The position numbers and the translations under genes were made by a program. The notes under the pieces are model-generated. The model was not told the origin of the DNA. It saw only the letters and a program-made list of their open reading frames with translations, and did not search any database. From NCBI GenBank assembly GCA_009602725.1, contig WELB01000011.1, positions 1,291,361-1,355,360 on the forward strand: 64,000 nucleotides of DNA. Reading direction: 5' to 3'. Source of the stretch: Spirogloea muscicola. Lineage: Eukaryota. Shown here in pieces: positions 48,990-60,700 of this stretch; within the stretch, counting starts at the first letter, position 1, and every line of letters begins with the position of its first letter.

Positions 48990-50420
48990 GCTCGCCCAGC
49001 TTTCTGGTGCACATTGTGTGCCCGAGCTCGCTGTAGGCAGGCTGACACGAATGGAGAAGCTCAAAGCGGCTGCTGATATTTAAGGAGCGCCTGTGAAAGC
49101 CAGCCAGATGCATACGGGTGTTCATGACGGAGCCACAGGCTAGGCAGCCAGGGCGCTCTTAGTACCCCCAGGTCAGCAGTAGGAAGTCAGATGAGCTGAG
49201 GGGAGGAAGAGCAACCCCGCTGCGCAAGCCAGAGGCTGCTGCAAAGGTGCGACCAGCGCCGCGGTGTAAAGCAAGCGCCTGGGACCGCTGTAGGGACATA
49301 GACAAACGCATGCGGTAGCAGGACACAAGAGTCAAAGGCACCGAGCCACCGGGAAGGGCTGCACCTTGTTCCCGGCGCTGCTGGACAGCTTGAGATGCCA
49401 GCAGCGAAAGTAACGAGGACTACCAACCCCCGTAACACCCATGGATGTCCATGGCCAGGGGGTAAAAGGTATCACCCGCCTGGTGGTCCTTGTACTTGTG
49501 CAACTTCTTCTGTTCGGCCACCTTCACAGCATAGCCGGTCTCAGAAGTTACGGGAGAGGAGGGCCTGCGAGCTGCCGGGTCGGGCATCTGCAGCGAGCTA
49601 CTCAGGCCTGATGGTGCTCACTCGCGAGTACTGAGCTTCCCTCTGCCTCGTCTAGTGTTTTGCAGTGCTTTGTAGTATAGTCCTTTTTCGGCACTTTTCG
49701 GAACAATGTATTGGCTTGAATTGGCCTCCCTTTCAATTCATGCGCCCCGCGCGCCTTCTCTCTTTCGGCACTTCTATCTTTGGCTTTGGACATTGTCCAT
49801 TTCTTTTTGGGCTGGCTTTGCCAGCCCCTCTTCTCTATGGGCGAGCTCTTCTCTTTCTCTGAGCGGAGGATCCGGTTGCTGCTTTTGAGGGGCGGCTGTG
49901 GAGGCCAAGCGAGTGCATGTAGAGCAAATGTACGAGTGCATTCACACTACGTGGAGCTGCAGGCTGGGCAGCGCAGGGCCCTCTCGTTGTTCATTCTTTT
50001 CTTGGGCTGGCCTTTCCGGCCTCGATCCACAATGGGCGAGCCCTTTCTCGTACTTTAAATTGTGTTTTGGGCTGGCTTTTCCAGCCCCTATCCTCAATGG
50101 ACGAGCCCTTCGTTTCTTGGTGACCCCGTGTCAGCAGGAGGAACGAGCTGAGGGTAGCAGAGCGTAGCCGGTGGTGAAGCCCTTCACCCCAATGAGGCTG
50201 AAGGGGGCTTACTGTGAATAAGGTACAAGACGATGGCGCAACGAAAGACCTTCGACACCTTGACTGCCATTCATTGAAGAGCTTGCTGACTACGGTTTAA
50301 CGAGCACATACAAGAGAAAGCGCGGCCAGATTGACTGGTGGCTGTGAGAGGCCAGCCCAAAGGAATGGACAGTCTGAAGGAGCCGGATGGAGCAGAAGGC
50401 AAGGTACTAAGTGCTAAGAC
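48990..50420. mobile_element. Cluster of CRE-like 3' fragments between the QC and bHLH genes
   Basis: RMRLSMSLQRSQALALH...SDFLLLTWGY* (49159, -) back-to-back with SGLMVLTREY* (49634, +). Three tandem 3' hairpin ends at ~49808, 50003 and 50068; a further end at 50313-50370(-). Confidence 0.85.
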
Positions 50421-50838
50421 GGCAGCAAGCAGGGACAGGGTATTTGACTGGCATCAAGAAGAAAGGCATTGCGCGCCTGGGATGCTGGTGCCACGCACTT
50501 GTTCAGTTTGCCAACACAGCTATCCTCATGATTTGGCAGCCCCAGTTGCCAGCCCAGTCATTTATTGAATGAGAATACAGCTCGTCAGGCATGTTCGCAG
50601 CCAGCAGGATCCGCGCGAATTGGCACGGCAATCAGAAATACGGTCTATGAGTGGAGCGGACAGGCATTGGCTTGCAGCACTGCAGCCGCTGTGGTAGCTA
50701 TGCCAGCTGTAAGCGGCTAAGCTTTCGTATAGCTACAACAGCGTCCAGCGGTGCACGGCAGAGGCACTTGAAGATGCCATGACGGGTAGTCACGGCAGTG
50801 TCCCTACTGGTCGATGGGGTCACACTGCTGCGTGACAC

Positions 50839-52290
50839 TCAAGCAATTGAGAAGCTCGCCATGGTGGCAGTGTTATGCTGGACCTGCGCCTCAAGCGCCT
50901 TTACGCGGCCCTGCAGCGAGCGGATGTACGCGACCGCGTCCTCGAGCATGGCGGACGTGTCAACGCGGGCGTGGCTTTTGGGCATGACTTCCTTGAGGCG
51001 CTGCAGGCGCACAGAGATGCGCTCGCGGCGCACGCGCTCAGCCACACTTCGTGGCTTGGTGCTTTGCGACACGCTGGCGGCCCGTCGCCGGCTCGCTGGC
51101 TGCCCGTAGAAGTCGTCGTCAGCAGCGTCCTCCTCACCATCGTCGCTGCCGGCCCCTCCAAGGCTACCCCCGGCACAGGGCCTCGGATCGCTGCTGCCAG
51201 GCGGCGTACCGCCGCTGCTGTCGCACTGCAGCGCCTGGTCCAGGCCCACCGTGACGTCGCTACCCCCCCCGCTGCCATCAGCACAGTCGGCCCGCAACCG
51301 CTTCGCGCCCTTTTCAGCCTGCAGCATCACCGGGATGCTTGGCACGTCGGGGTTACCCCAGCTGTTGAAGTCCGACTTGGACGCCGTGGGGCTCTCGCCG
51401 CGCACACCGCTTGCACCAGGCGTGGCCAGGCTGCCACGGGGCTTGAGGTCCAGTGCTGGCGAGACGAGCGGGAACTCGCCGCTGCTGCGGTTCAGTAGAC
51501 CCTCCAGCGCCGAGTAGGACAGGCCTCGCGGCGGCATTGTGGGCTGTCGGTGCTGTGGCAGGCAGCCGGCCGACGGCCGGGGCGCCGCTGGCGGCCAGGA
51601 GGCCTGGTAGGTGATGGAGCTGCTCGCCCCGCCGCCCCCGCTGGCAGAGTTGACCCCGGGCAGCAGCGGCAGCGGCGCTTGGCCACCGCTGAGGCCGCCC
51701 GGAGTCAGCAGGAGCTGCTTGCTGGCGAAATTCAGGAGGCTCAGGCTTGGGCTGCCCCCGACCAGGCCCAGGTCCAGCGGCAGCAGCGACACAGCCGGCG
51801 TCGCTGACGTGCTACCGCCGCCATTGTCGAGCGCTGGCACGATGTCCCAAAGGTCGCCGGAGGGGCTGCGGCTGTGCGCCGGCGGGGCAGTGTAGGGCGC
51901 GCAGCTGGAGTTGGAGGTCGGCGAGAAGAGCAGCAGCGACGGCGGCGGCGGGAGTCGCAGGCCCAAGGCCTTGGCGGCAGGAGTAGCAGCGGCGGCAGCG
52001 GCAGCGGCGGCGGCAGGGGCTGCTGCCGGCTCGGGGATTGCGCCAGCACTAGCAGCGGCAGCAACGGCTGACGCCCACATGGTGTCTCCCAGCTCCGAGT
52101 CGGCGCTGGTCTCCACCATGGACGGCACCATCCAGCCCTCCGAGGCCTCGAGGGCAGACGTGGTAGAGCCGCCGCAGCCCGCGCCGTCGAGCAGGTCCTC
52201 GATGTTCCACAGGTCCGCAACCCCGGGCTCGTCGGTGCCGCCGTGGCCCGGCAGATGCAACCCCGGCTTGACGTCCAGCGTGGCCGCCAT
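50839..52290 (-). CDS. bHLH transcription factor (C-terminal bHLH, intronless CDS)
   Basis: KPRSVAERVRRERISVRLQRLKEVMPKSHARVDTSAMLEDAVAYIRSLQGRVKALE, preceded by a long S/P/A/G-rich region. Start taken at MAATLDV. Confidence 0.92.
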   Translation of the reverse strand: MAATLDVKPGLHLPGHGGTDEPGVADLWNIEDLLDGAGCGGSTTSALEASEGWMVPSMVETSADSELGDTMWASAVAAAASAGAIPEPAAAPAAAAAAAAAATPAAKALGLRLPPPPSLLLFSPTSNSSCAPYTAPPAHSRSPSGDLWDIVPALDNGGGSTSATPAVSLLPLDLGLVGGSPSLSLLNFASKQLLLTPGGLSGGQAPLPLLPGVNSASGGGGASSSITYQASWPPAAPRPSAGCLPQHRQPTMPPRGLSYSALEGLLNRSSGEFPLVSPALDLKPRGSLATPGASGVRGESPTASKSDFNSWGNPDVPSIPVMLQAEKGAKRLRADCADGSGGGSDVTVGLDQALQCDSSGGTPPGSSDPRPCAGGSLGGAGSDDGEEDAADDDFYGQPASRRRAASVSQSTKPRSVAERVRRERISVRLQRLKEVMPKSHARVDTSAMLEDAVAYIRSLQGRVKALEAQVQHNTATMASFSIA

Positions 52291-52889
52291 GTGCGCCGAG
52301 CCGCCTCGCAACGGAGACGAGCGTCGGGCCGCGGTGCTGGAGGCGGCAGAGGGGGGCCGAGGCGTGCTGCGGGCCCGGCGACGAACTCGGGCACCTGGAA
52401 AGAGGGGGAGGATTTCGGCGGCGGGCTGCAGCTGCTTGGCGGNATGCCAGCTCGCACGCGCCGCACGAAGCCCGCCCCGCCGGGCGCGCGGGCGGGGGCT
52501 CCGGCCGGGGGGTGGCCTTAGCCCCCCATCATCCATGGCGTCCCCCCGCCGCCCCCGCCCGTGCGTCGGCGGGCCGTACCCCCCGTATCCCTCTGTTGCG
52601 GATCCTGAGAGTTCTCACCTCCTTCCCCGAGCGCGCCCTGGGTCTCCGCCCGGCGACAGCGCGCGCGCGTCCTGCGTCGCACCTAGCCCCCTGGCGGCAG
52701 CAGTGCCGCTCCTCCCCGGCGTCAGAGGCGCAGACTGTTTGTTCGGCCAGCCTGGTTGCGGGCGGCCTCCCCGTAGCCCGCCCTGCCAGGAGGCCGGCAC
52801 AGACAGCTGGACCGGGAGCCCTCCGGGATATGCGCTTCGGGCCCGGCTCGTCGCCTAGCGGGCCCTCCAGGCCCGCCCCGGCCCCGCCC

Positions 52890-52970
52890 GCCACGTCGGT
52901 GGACGTGGCCGGCCACGTCCGCCAGAGTGCCTGCGTGGCCGTGCCCCGCGCCGGATGGCGAGCCACGTGG
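52890..52970. promoter_or_regulatory. Cluster of ABRE/G-box (ACGT-core) elements in the divergent bHLH-SCO2 promoter
   Basis: GCCACGTC (52890), palindrome GGACGTGGCCGGCCACGTCC (52901-52920), GCGTGGC (~52933), GCCACGTGG (52962-52970). Confidence 0.6.
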
Positions 52971-53194
52971 GCGAACGGCCCCTCCTTCCACTCCGGCTGC
53001 CTTGCCAAGCCTTCCCGTGCCTTTCCCCGTCGATGCCCTAAGGGCGAGCGCGCACGACGGGAACCCCAGCTCCTCGTTGCGGACCTCCAAATTGCGCAAC
53101 GGCGGCTGCGACGGCGGCGGCTCCCACTTGGCCGGACATGCTCCGCCGTTGAGCTCGCCGCTGCGCCCCCCGCTGGCTCACCCATTAAGCCACC

Positions 53195-54050
53195 ATGTTC
53201 AGTGGTGCCGGCGCCGTCTGGCAGCTCCGGGCCCCACCCGGTTGCGTCCGGAGGCCACGGCGAGCGGGCCTGCTCTGCCTTCGCCAGCTCCCCCCGACGT
53301 CGGCGTCGTCGCCGTCGTGGCGGGGCCCCACGCCGCGGCGCAACGGCGAGGAGCGCGCCGAGACGGTGCTGAGCTCCGCGGAGCCGCTGCCGCTGCCCAT
53401 GCCGTACCCCGACTCGCGGCCGCTGCCCAAGGAGGCCATCGACAAGATCCTCCAGTGCGACCCCGAAGTCGAGGTAACGGCTGGTCCCTCCGTGCTGCGG
53501 GCCTCGCTCTCGCCCACTACACCGCCTTCCCTTGCCGTCTGCTGGCAATCTATGAGGCACCAGCTTGGAGAGGACTTCGAGATACACATGCGATACACGA
53601 TTCTCATATTTACGTCTATAAGTATAGAACTCGAGCTCAAAAGCTGAGTCGTATCATTGGCAACGTCCTCCTCCGCCTCCGCCGCAGTTTTGCAAAGAGC
53701 CAGTTTACCAGTGGACGGGTTTGTGCCAGCAATGCCGCGGCACGGGCTTGGTCAGCTTCTACCGCAGCGGCCGCGAGGTCATCAGCAAGTGCATCACCTG
53801 CGTCGGCTTAGGTATGCCCACTCAGCGCTGGACCTCGTCATGCTGTCTTGAAGCTCGGCCGGCTCTTCCCACTGTTCCGACGGGCCTGCATCAGATTGTA
53901 CTTCTTCTATTCACGGTCTGACAGCCAGTTAGCCAAGCTGGAAGCGATTGTCACTTCAGCTGCCGCTGCTTGAGTGCAGGATACGTGCAGAAGTACACTG
54001 TACGGGAGGATGTCGAGGCCATGTCAGACAACGAGGAGTCAACCTTGTAA
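53195..54050 (+). CDS. SCO2: Chloroplast DnaJ-like zinc-finger protein disulfide isomerase, SCO2/CYO1-like
   Basis: PMPYPDSRP.PKEAIDKILQCDPEVE|FCKEPVYQWTGLCQQCRGTGLVSFY...KCITCVGLG|YVQKYTVREDVEAM, with two CxxCxGxG motifs. Start uncertain. Confidence 0.8.
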
Positions 54051-54289
54051 GGTAAACACGTGACGCCTTTGTGGCTCGGCAAAGTTGGCATGACAGGTGC
54101 ACCACAGCAAGGCAAGAAGAGCTCTTTGGCTGTTACATGCAAAGTGCAATAAGCCTTAGCTCCCCAGTGTCAAGCTATTTTGAGTCAGGCTTGACTTGGA
54201 GTCAATTACTCTGGAGGCCAAGTAGCTTTGCTGGTGCAGCAAATTGGGCGCTTCCAAATCAAGCACGGTCATGTACTTGTGGTTGCTCT

Positions 54290-54350
54290 TTCAGATTCCT
54301 TTTGGCTGGCCTCTCAGAGCCACCAGTCAATCTGGCGGCGCTTTCGTTTG
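54290..54350 (+). mobile_element. Solo retrotransposon 3'-end module
   Basis: TTCCTTTTGGCTGGCCTCTCAGAGCCACCAGTCAATCTGGCGGCGCTTTCG matches the copies at 24680-24725 and 56900-56946. Confidence 0.75.
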
Positions 54351-54874
54351 TAAAGAGCTCCCACCTTCTTGTTGTTGATGCCAAACGCAAGCATGGCATC
54401 TAAAAACTGCAGTTCTGTACACTAGCAGGAAACTGTAAGTGGGTGCATAATCTAACCCCAATACTTTAGCAGCAACCCAATGCCCCCACCCTCCTACGTG
54501 AGCCGCAGTTTTGGAATGTCATGCAATCTTAACCAGTCATTGCCACAGTGCTGCAGTCTGCTTCAGTAACCTGCTTCAGAAACCAGGTCTTGCAGGGCAT
54601 CACTCGGAGGCTTTGCTGGTGAGACCGTCTTTGCAGCACATCGCTATGTTGGCAACGCCAGTACAAAGCTAATAGAAATATCTCTGCCATAGAGCAGAGT
54701 GATTTGAGCTTCTCCGATACCCTGCCCCTTTGAGAAGCCTTTATTGACCAAAGCTGTGAATAGCAATCTGTTTGGAGACAACAGCTACTGACTGACTGGC
54801 CAGCATGTCAGCCCAGCTTGTGCAGCGCAATCATGTATTGTTGCTGTGCCACCCCTTGGGATCGAATACGAGTG

Positions 54875-56790
54875 TCAAACATTTGCATAATCGCCGACTC
54901 GCATCCCAACCACCATCCAGCAGTCTTTGTAAGCGCCAGAAGCGACCTGGGAGAATGAGACTGCTTCTTGTCAGCCCCCAACATGTGGAGCTCCTCCACA
55001 CTCATACGCACCAAGAAGTAATGACTAATAGCATCATCGCACCTAGCACGCCAATCTTGGCTCCACACTTGGCTACCTCAAGATGGCAGACATGCAACCA
55101 GCACTTAAGTTGAGTTTTTGGCCACGTCAGGAGCTCGTTGGGCCCCTCACCTTCTCCAAGCAGAATGTGTATGTGTGGAGCCTCTCTCCTCCCTGCGCCC
55201 TTCCGGAGGTCACCTTCACGGCCTGCAGGGCCTTCAAGTCACCCTTGCCGTGGAAGACCATTGGCGAGGCCAACTGCGCCAAAGCACTTTCAAGCTGTTC
55301 AGAACCAGACAAATCCAGAGAGACCTTCATGTAATAATGAATGTCCTTTGACACTGTCCATATGTCAAGCATCTACCTCCTCTGCTAAAGCCTCCCGAGC
55401 AGTAGCAGCAAGTGCAACCAGTACAACGAGTCAACAGACGTGAACAACAACACAGACAACCTTTCCTCTTGTAGATGGCACACAGGCGGAGATGCCATAG
55501 TGAGACTAGAAGCTGATGCTGCCCCCGGATTAACTGCATCGAATTTCTGACAGCATGCTGCTGAGGTGCAGGGGCAGACAGAGAAACTCCATGATCCGTC
55601 TCACCTCCCAGTGTGTGCAATTGAGGAGGGGCGCATACATGGGCTCCCGCAGGAGCAACACAAACTGCTCCACAGACACAAATTGTGGGTGGGCGTCCCA
55701 CGCCCGGGCCGCGGACACTGGTGAGCGGGCCTGCGACCACACCGTGGGCCGGGCAAACCCAAGACGAAGCCAAATTATCAATACTTCTGGTTGTCTACGA
55801 CCCCTTAGCTGAACGCCTTGCATTTGCTCATCACCTCAGCATGTCCAATTGGATCTCGACGGAAAGCCACTCTGATCGCCCTCACTGTCCTCTAAGCTGA
55901 AACACAGATTTACCTGCACCTGAAAACTAGAAGTCGGAAGACTTAAGGATGCTGCAAAGCCATCCCCACACCTCTGCTAACAATGCCAGGGTCTTATACA
56001 GCAGGGAAATGGGTACTGCGAGTGGGAGTTTGCCCTTGTGATATGCATTGACCTCGCCAACATCCCACCTCATCTATACGTGTATTACCACATTGCTGAA
56101 AGGGGTCAAACGACAAAGGCTTGCCCAGTCGCCAGAAACTGCCCACCTTAGCGGGCAGGAGCCCGTACCTGCCCTGCCAGCATCTCGTCCACCCGCAGGG
56201 GCATGGCGAAGGCGAAGGCGGTCTGGATGCCGGCGTTCTCCTCCGGCCAGTCGATGCGCATGAGCGCGTCCATCTGAGCGCCGGAAGCGGCAGTGATTGT
56301 GGCTTAAGGGGCCGAAGTCAAGACCGAGGCCTCCAGCCAGCCAGCCCTTCTTTGCGTCTCGACTGCTAGCGCCTCTGCCACTGCCGCGCCGCCTCCAAGG
56401 CAGCGACAGGGCCGGGCACAGCCGCGACCGAAGCGGATCAAATGAATCTCTCATATGATTGATAAGCCTCTCATACAATTGATAGATCCTACGCCGAGAG
56501 GTATGGCAGGCCGGGCGAGCGTTGGGGGCGCGTACCTGGACCCGCACCACCGCCGTGGGCGGCATGAGCGCCGTCGGTCGCGGCGGGCCGCGCGGCGCCG
56601 CGGCCAGCGCCGGGGTCTCGTTGACGCGCCGCGCGAACTCCGCCNNNNNNNNNNNNNNNNNNNNNNNNNNNNNNNNNNNNNNNNNNNNNNNNNNNNNNNN
56701 NNNNNNNNNNNNNNNCGCGCCCTGGAGCCCCGCGGCCGCCGCCGCCGCCGGCGGCCGAGCCAGCGGGCCAGCCGGAGCGAGCTGCGCCAT
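54875..56790 (-). CDS. Uncharacterised protein, probably plastid-targeted (DUF4864/NTF2-like resemblance, tentative)
   Basis: Ala-rich N-terminus; spliced core LMPPTAVVRVQ|MDALMRIDWPEENAGIQTAFAFA...|YAPLLNCTHWE|...YTFCLEK|VASGAYKDCWMVVGMRVGDYANV*, with canonical splice sites. Confidence 0.75.
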
Positions 56791-56859
56791 GGCCACCTCC
56801 GCCCCGAGCTCCCGGGCCAATCCTGTCGGCGGGCCCGCCTTTATCAGAAGAAAGTACCT

Positions 56860-57360
56860 GATCCGCCTTCTTAACTGCTGACACTGGGGTACTACTTTCT
56901 TTGGGCTGGCCTTTCCCAGCCACCAGTCCATCTGGCCGCGCTTCCTTCGGTACTAGGAGCGCCGGCTGACTAGCCTGTGGCTCAGCTAGTAGTGTACTTA
57001 CGACCACCCTCGGTATGCACCTGTCTGGCATTTGCAGCCGTTCTTTCACTATCAGCAGCCGCATTTTCTCTTTGCCGAGTAAGTGGGCTTTCCAAAGTGA
57101 ACAGCGCGTCCAGATAGGCAGCAGTGGCTGTGCGATGAAGTGGCTCTCCCAATGGGGGCAAGGGCTGTGAGAAGCCAGCCCGAAGGAATGGACAAGATCT
57201 GAGAGGACCGGAAGGCGCAAAGAGCAGGATACTGGTCCCTATCAAAGGGGGCTTGGGCTGTGAATGGCCAGCCCAGAAAGAATGAATGAGGCCGAAAGGC
57301 GCCAAAGACAGCTATGCAAAGGACTACGGCGGATGGAAGCTCATCAACCCGTCTCGGACA
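56860..57360. mobile_element. Cluster of CRE-like 3' fragments upstream of the 54875-56790 gene
   Basis: LLTLGY-like terminus (~56875-56892). Hairpin ends at 56902-56946(+), 57020-57072(+), 57140-57200(-) and 57250-57345(-). Confidence 0.8.
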
Positions 57361-57770
57361 GTTGTCGGGCCAGATAGGCCCATCCCTTACTGCGGCAGCG
57401 ACGCCAAGCCCAGGCTGTGCTCGCGTCTAACACTCAGGCCCTCCATCACTCGCTACACGTCTTGACAAGCCCAAATTGGAGCTGCATTCGCCTCCGGCGC
57501 CCATGGCACCCGACAAGTGCACGCAGCTGGGACCGCACCTCCCACATCTGCGCGAGAAGGCTTGCGACCCACTTGCAGCGCTGCAGCCGCAGCGACACGG
57601 ACCGTTGAGGGGATGCAGATACTGGCACCGTGGACTTGAGCCACGACCTTCCCACATATGGCGCCAATCCTCCACCCTTCCTTCTGGAGACCTCGTGCTC
57701 CTGGAAGATGTCCGGGTGATGCTCAGATATGGGAGCGACTGTTGCTCAAGTCCGGGCTAGCACAGTGTTG

Positions 57771-60700
57771 TCATGCAATGTCCTCAGCCAAGGCTACCAT
57801 GGCCACCCCATCGTGCTTCACCACGACGTCCACAAGGTCAAAGGTCTCCGTCAGCTCGTTGTCAGCCTGTGATACAATCAGCGTAGTGGCTTGTGCCAAT
57901 CCGCGCAGAATGCTGACCATCCGCCTTTTACCCTCAGCATCCAGGTGCTGCAGATCAGATACATCTGCTGGTTAATGTGTCCTCAAGCAAGTCAGCTTCC
58001 GCTGGTGAACAACCTAAAGACCAGGCAATTATTTGGAAGGTGACCTTGGCATGACTCTAGATTTCTTCGAGTAATATTAATTCCCTCTATACCCATGACT
58101 AGCCAGTCTGTTTCACGAATGCCTTCTCAGTGGCACATCACTGGACTTCATGAAGAGCATTCACTGTCACTTGGTTTGCGGCAGGCAAGCTCCTAGTCCA
58201 AGACATCAGTAAGAGCAGGTTGCAGTGCTTCACCTGTAAAACTTCGTCCAGCACCATGAGGTCAAAGTGCGTCCCACTTTTGTCAGAAGCAAGCTCAGCA
58301 AAGGCCAATGTATATGCCAAACCCTGCATACTCAGCATTGTGTGAGGCGCATCAGAGAGAGGGTAGTGCTTACATAGTACTGCTGATCATCATTAGCTAA
58401 AGGGAGGCTGCCGTAGAGAATGGACAGCAAAGTTCAGCTTCCAGGTGTTGGCAAGGTGCCAGACGCCTTGCCTTTCTGGTCAATCAGCGTCTCTGGGACA
58501 TACAGCAACTTTAGGACATACACGTCACATGTCAACAACAATAGACAGGCATGGTTATATATACTTACCACGCGGCGACGCTCACCCCCGCTTAGCTGAC
58601 GGAGTGATCGCTCCACAACTCTGCCATCTGAATGCCTGACTACTGCCACCTTCTCAATCCTTTCCAACGTCTTAGTGGAACCTTTGGCCTGCTTAGTAGG
58701 CCTCAAGATCAGGCCCAGACTTCCACCAGAAAGAATGTCAAGGTACCAGCCCAACCTATCCTGGAGCAGTGACAGTGCCCCCTCTAGGACATATCCCTGC
58801 ACGCCACAAAAAGTGGAGTCATTTGCCAGTAAGGTGGATGGAATCATGCACCCACATGTACGTGATAAGGAGGACATGCCACCACCTCTCATGCAGTCAT
58901 GTCCAACTCTTACATTTGCAAGAAAGAGTTGTAGACATAGAGGTTATCTACCAGGGGCTCACACACTAAGCAACCAAGAAGTTTTTGGCACCTAGTCTAT
59001 CAGCTGGATATGACCTCAAAGGTCCTTAGGCTCACCTGCACTCCATTGTGTCCAAAGGAAGTGTCAGCTTCCCTCAACGACTCAGCACATTGTTGTGCAT
59101 CTTTCAGGTCAGCAAGTGCTGATCTCTTGTCATCCTCCGACTTAGCAAGCAAACCTTGCAACAACTCCTTCTCACTCCTGTGGGGGTTGGGACCAGCCTC
59201 CAATGCCAGCCTCTCAACTTCCTCCCTCTTCCTTTGTTCAATCAGGGCCTTAGCAACTCGCACTGCCTTCTGCAACTTGGTCATGCTCTCAAGCATGCTG
59301 GTTTGCCCAGTGAGCTTGAGTTGGCTGGCATTGTGACCTGCCTGGTGCGCTTGCTCTATAGGGAGCTGCACCCCTCGTTGAGTGTGAGTACGCTTGAGCA
59401 TTTCAGTGTGTTCTGCAAGTTCCACAGATACTTGTTGCCCCTCTGCTATGAGCTGATGAGCAGAGGATAGCGAACCCCTCAGTCTCTGAAGCTGCTCAAC
59501 AAAAGGCGAAGCAACACGAAACAGCTATTTCAGCAGTGAAACCACCAAATGTCCTCGCAACCGGCAACCTTAGTGTGGCTTGTCAACCTGTCCCATCAGG
59601 TAGATCATGGATATTAAATGGCAACAATAAGATAGACAGACCTTAGTTCTCTGCAACTTCAGCTTCTGAGTGCGACTAGCTTCAGCTGCCCTCCTTTTGT
59701 CTTTGGCATGTGTGACTTTTGCTTCAGCTGTACGTAGAGCTTTCAGAGCCGTGGAAGCATCCTGCAAAGCAGTCATTAAAGGCCAGACCTGTAGTGTCTT
59801 TACCATTGGCAACATCCAGTGAAGCCATGGGGGTATTGCACAGTCAAGCTGCCAGCAGTAACCTTGAAGCAGGAAAACAACTGCTGAACAAGCAGTTACA
59901 CAATTGCAGCAACTCATGCCTGACAGCGAAGATCAAAGAGTCACATTGCAGAGGCAAAAGAAGCCAGGAGCCAAAGACTGACCTGCTCGCACATCTCCAA
60001 CTCCACTCTTGCATCATCCCATTGCTTCTGCAGATGTGCTTCATGTTGTACTAGATGGTCCTCGCTTATCGGTTGCTTACAGAGCTGACAAACTTGAACA
60101 CCGGCTGTGCTTTGTGAGAAGTCGTCCAAGGCAGTTCTGCACTCTTCAAAGACCCTTACCCGCACTTTGACCTGTATGTGGGCACTGCAGATGCAGATTA
60201 GCCGCCTTTCTAGCTAGCAGCATCACCATAGAAAGTACACAATACATCAAGTAGAAACGAATTTGAATTTGCCACCAGAAATTGAAAGCAGCTTCAGTAG
60301 CTGCTTACTGCAAGCGCATATTACTTATATTATTATATTACTTATATTATTAATGCTCAATTGAAGGTCAAGGGCGTACCAAGGCATCCTTTTCCCAGAA
60401 CAATCCTTTCCAAGAATCTTGCTCTGCTATCATCGCTAACAAGCTTGAAGGACCTTCATTTTCCTGCTCACTCTCTTCCTCAAGTTCGACATGAGCAACT
60501 TCAAGGGCCTGCTCTTGATCTCCGAGCCATGTCAAAGTGTCCTGTCCACCAGCTGAGAAAGATTTACAGTCTTGACAAGACCACTTGACAAGACCTCTGC
60601 ATCTCAAGCATAGTGAACGTGCTCATCTCAAGGTTGCCTGCCCGTCCACACCTGCAGGTCGTTTCTGCATGCTGTGTAAAGGGTGGCAGCCGCTTCGAGG

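Noticed and set aside
60318..60353. Short AT-rich tandem duplication (TATTACTTATATTAT)
   Set aside because: Ordinary intronic slippage repeat.
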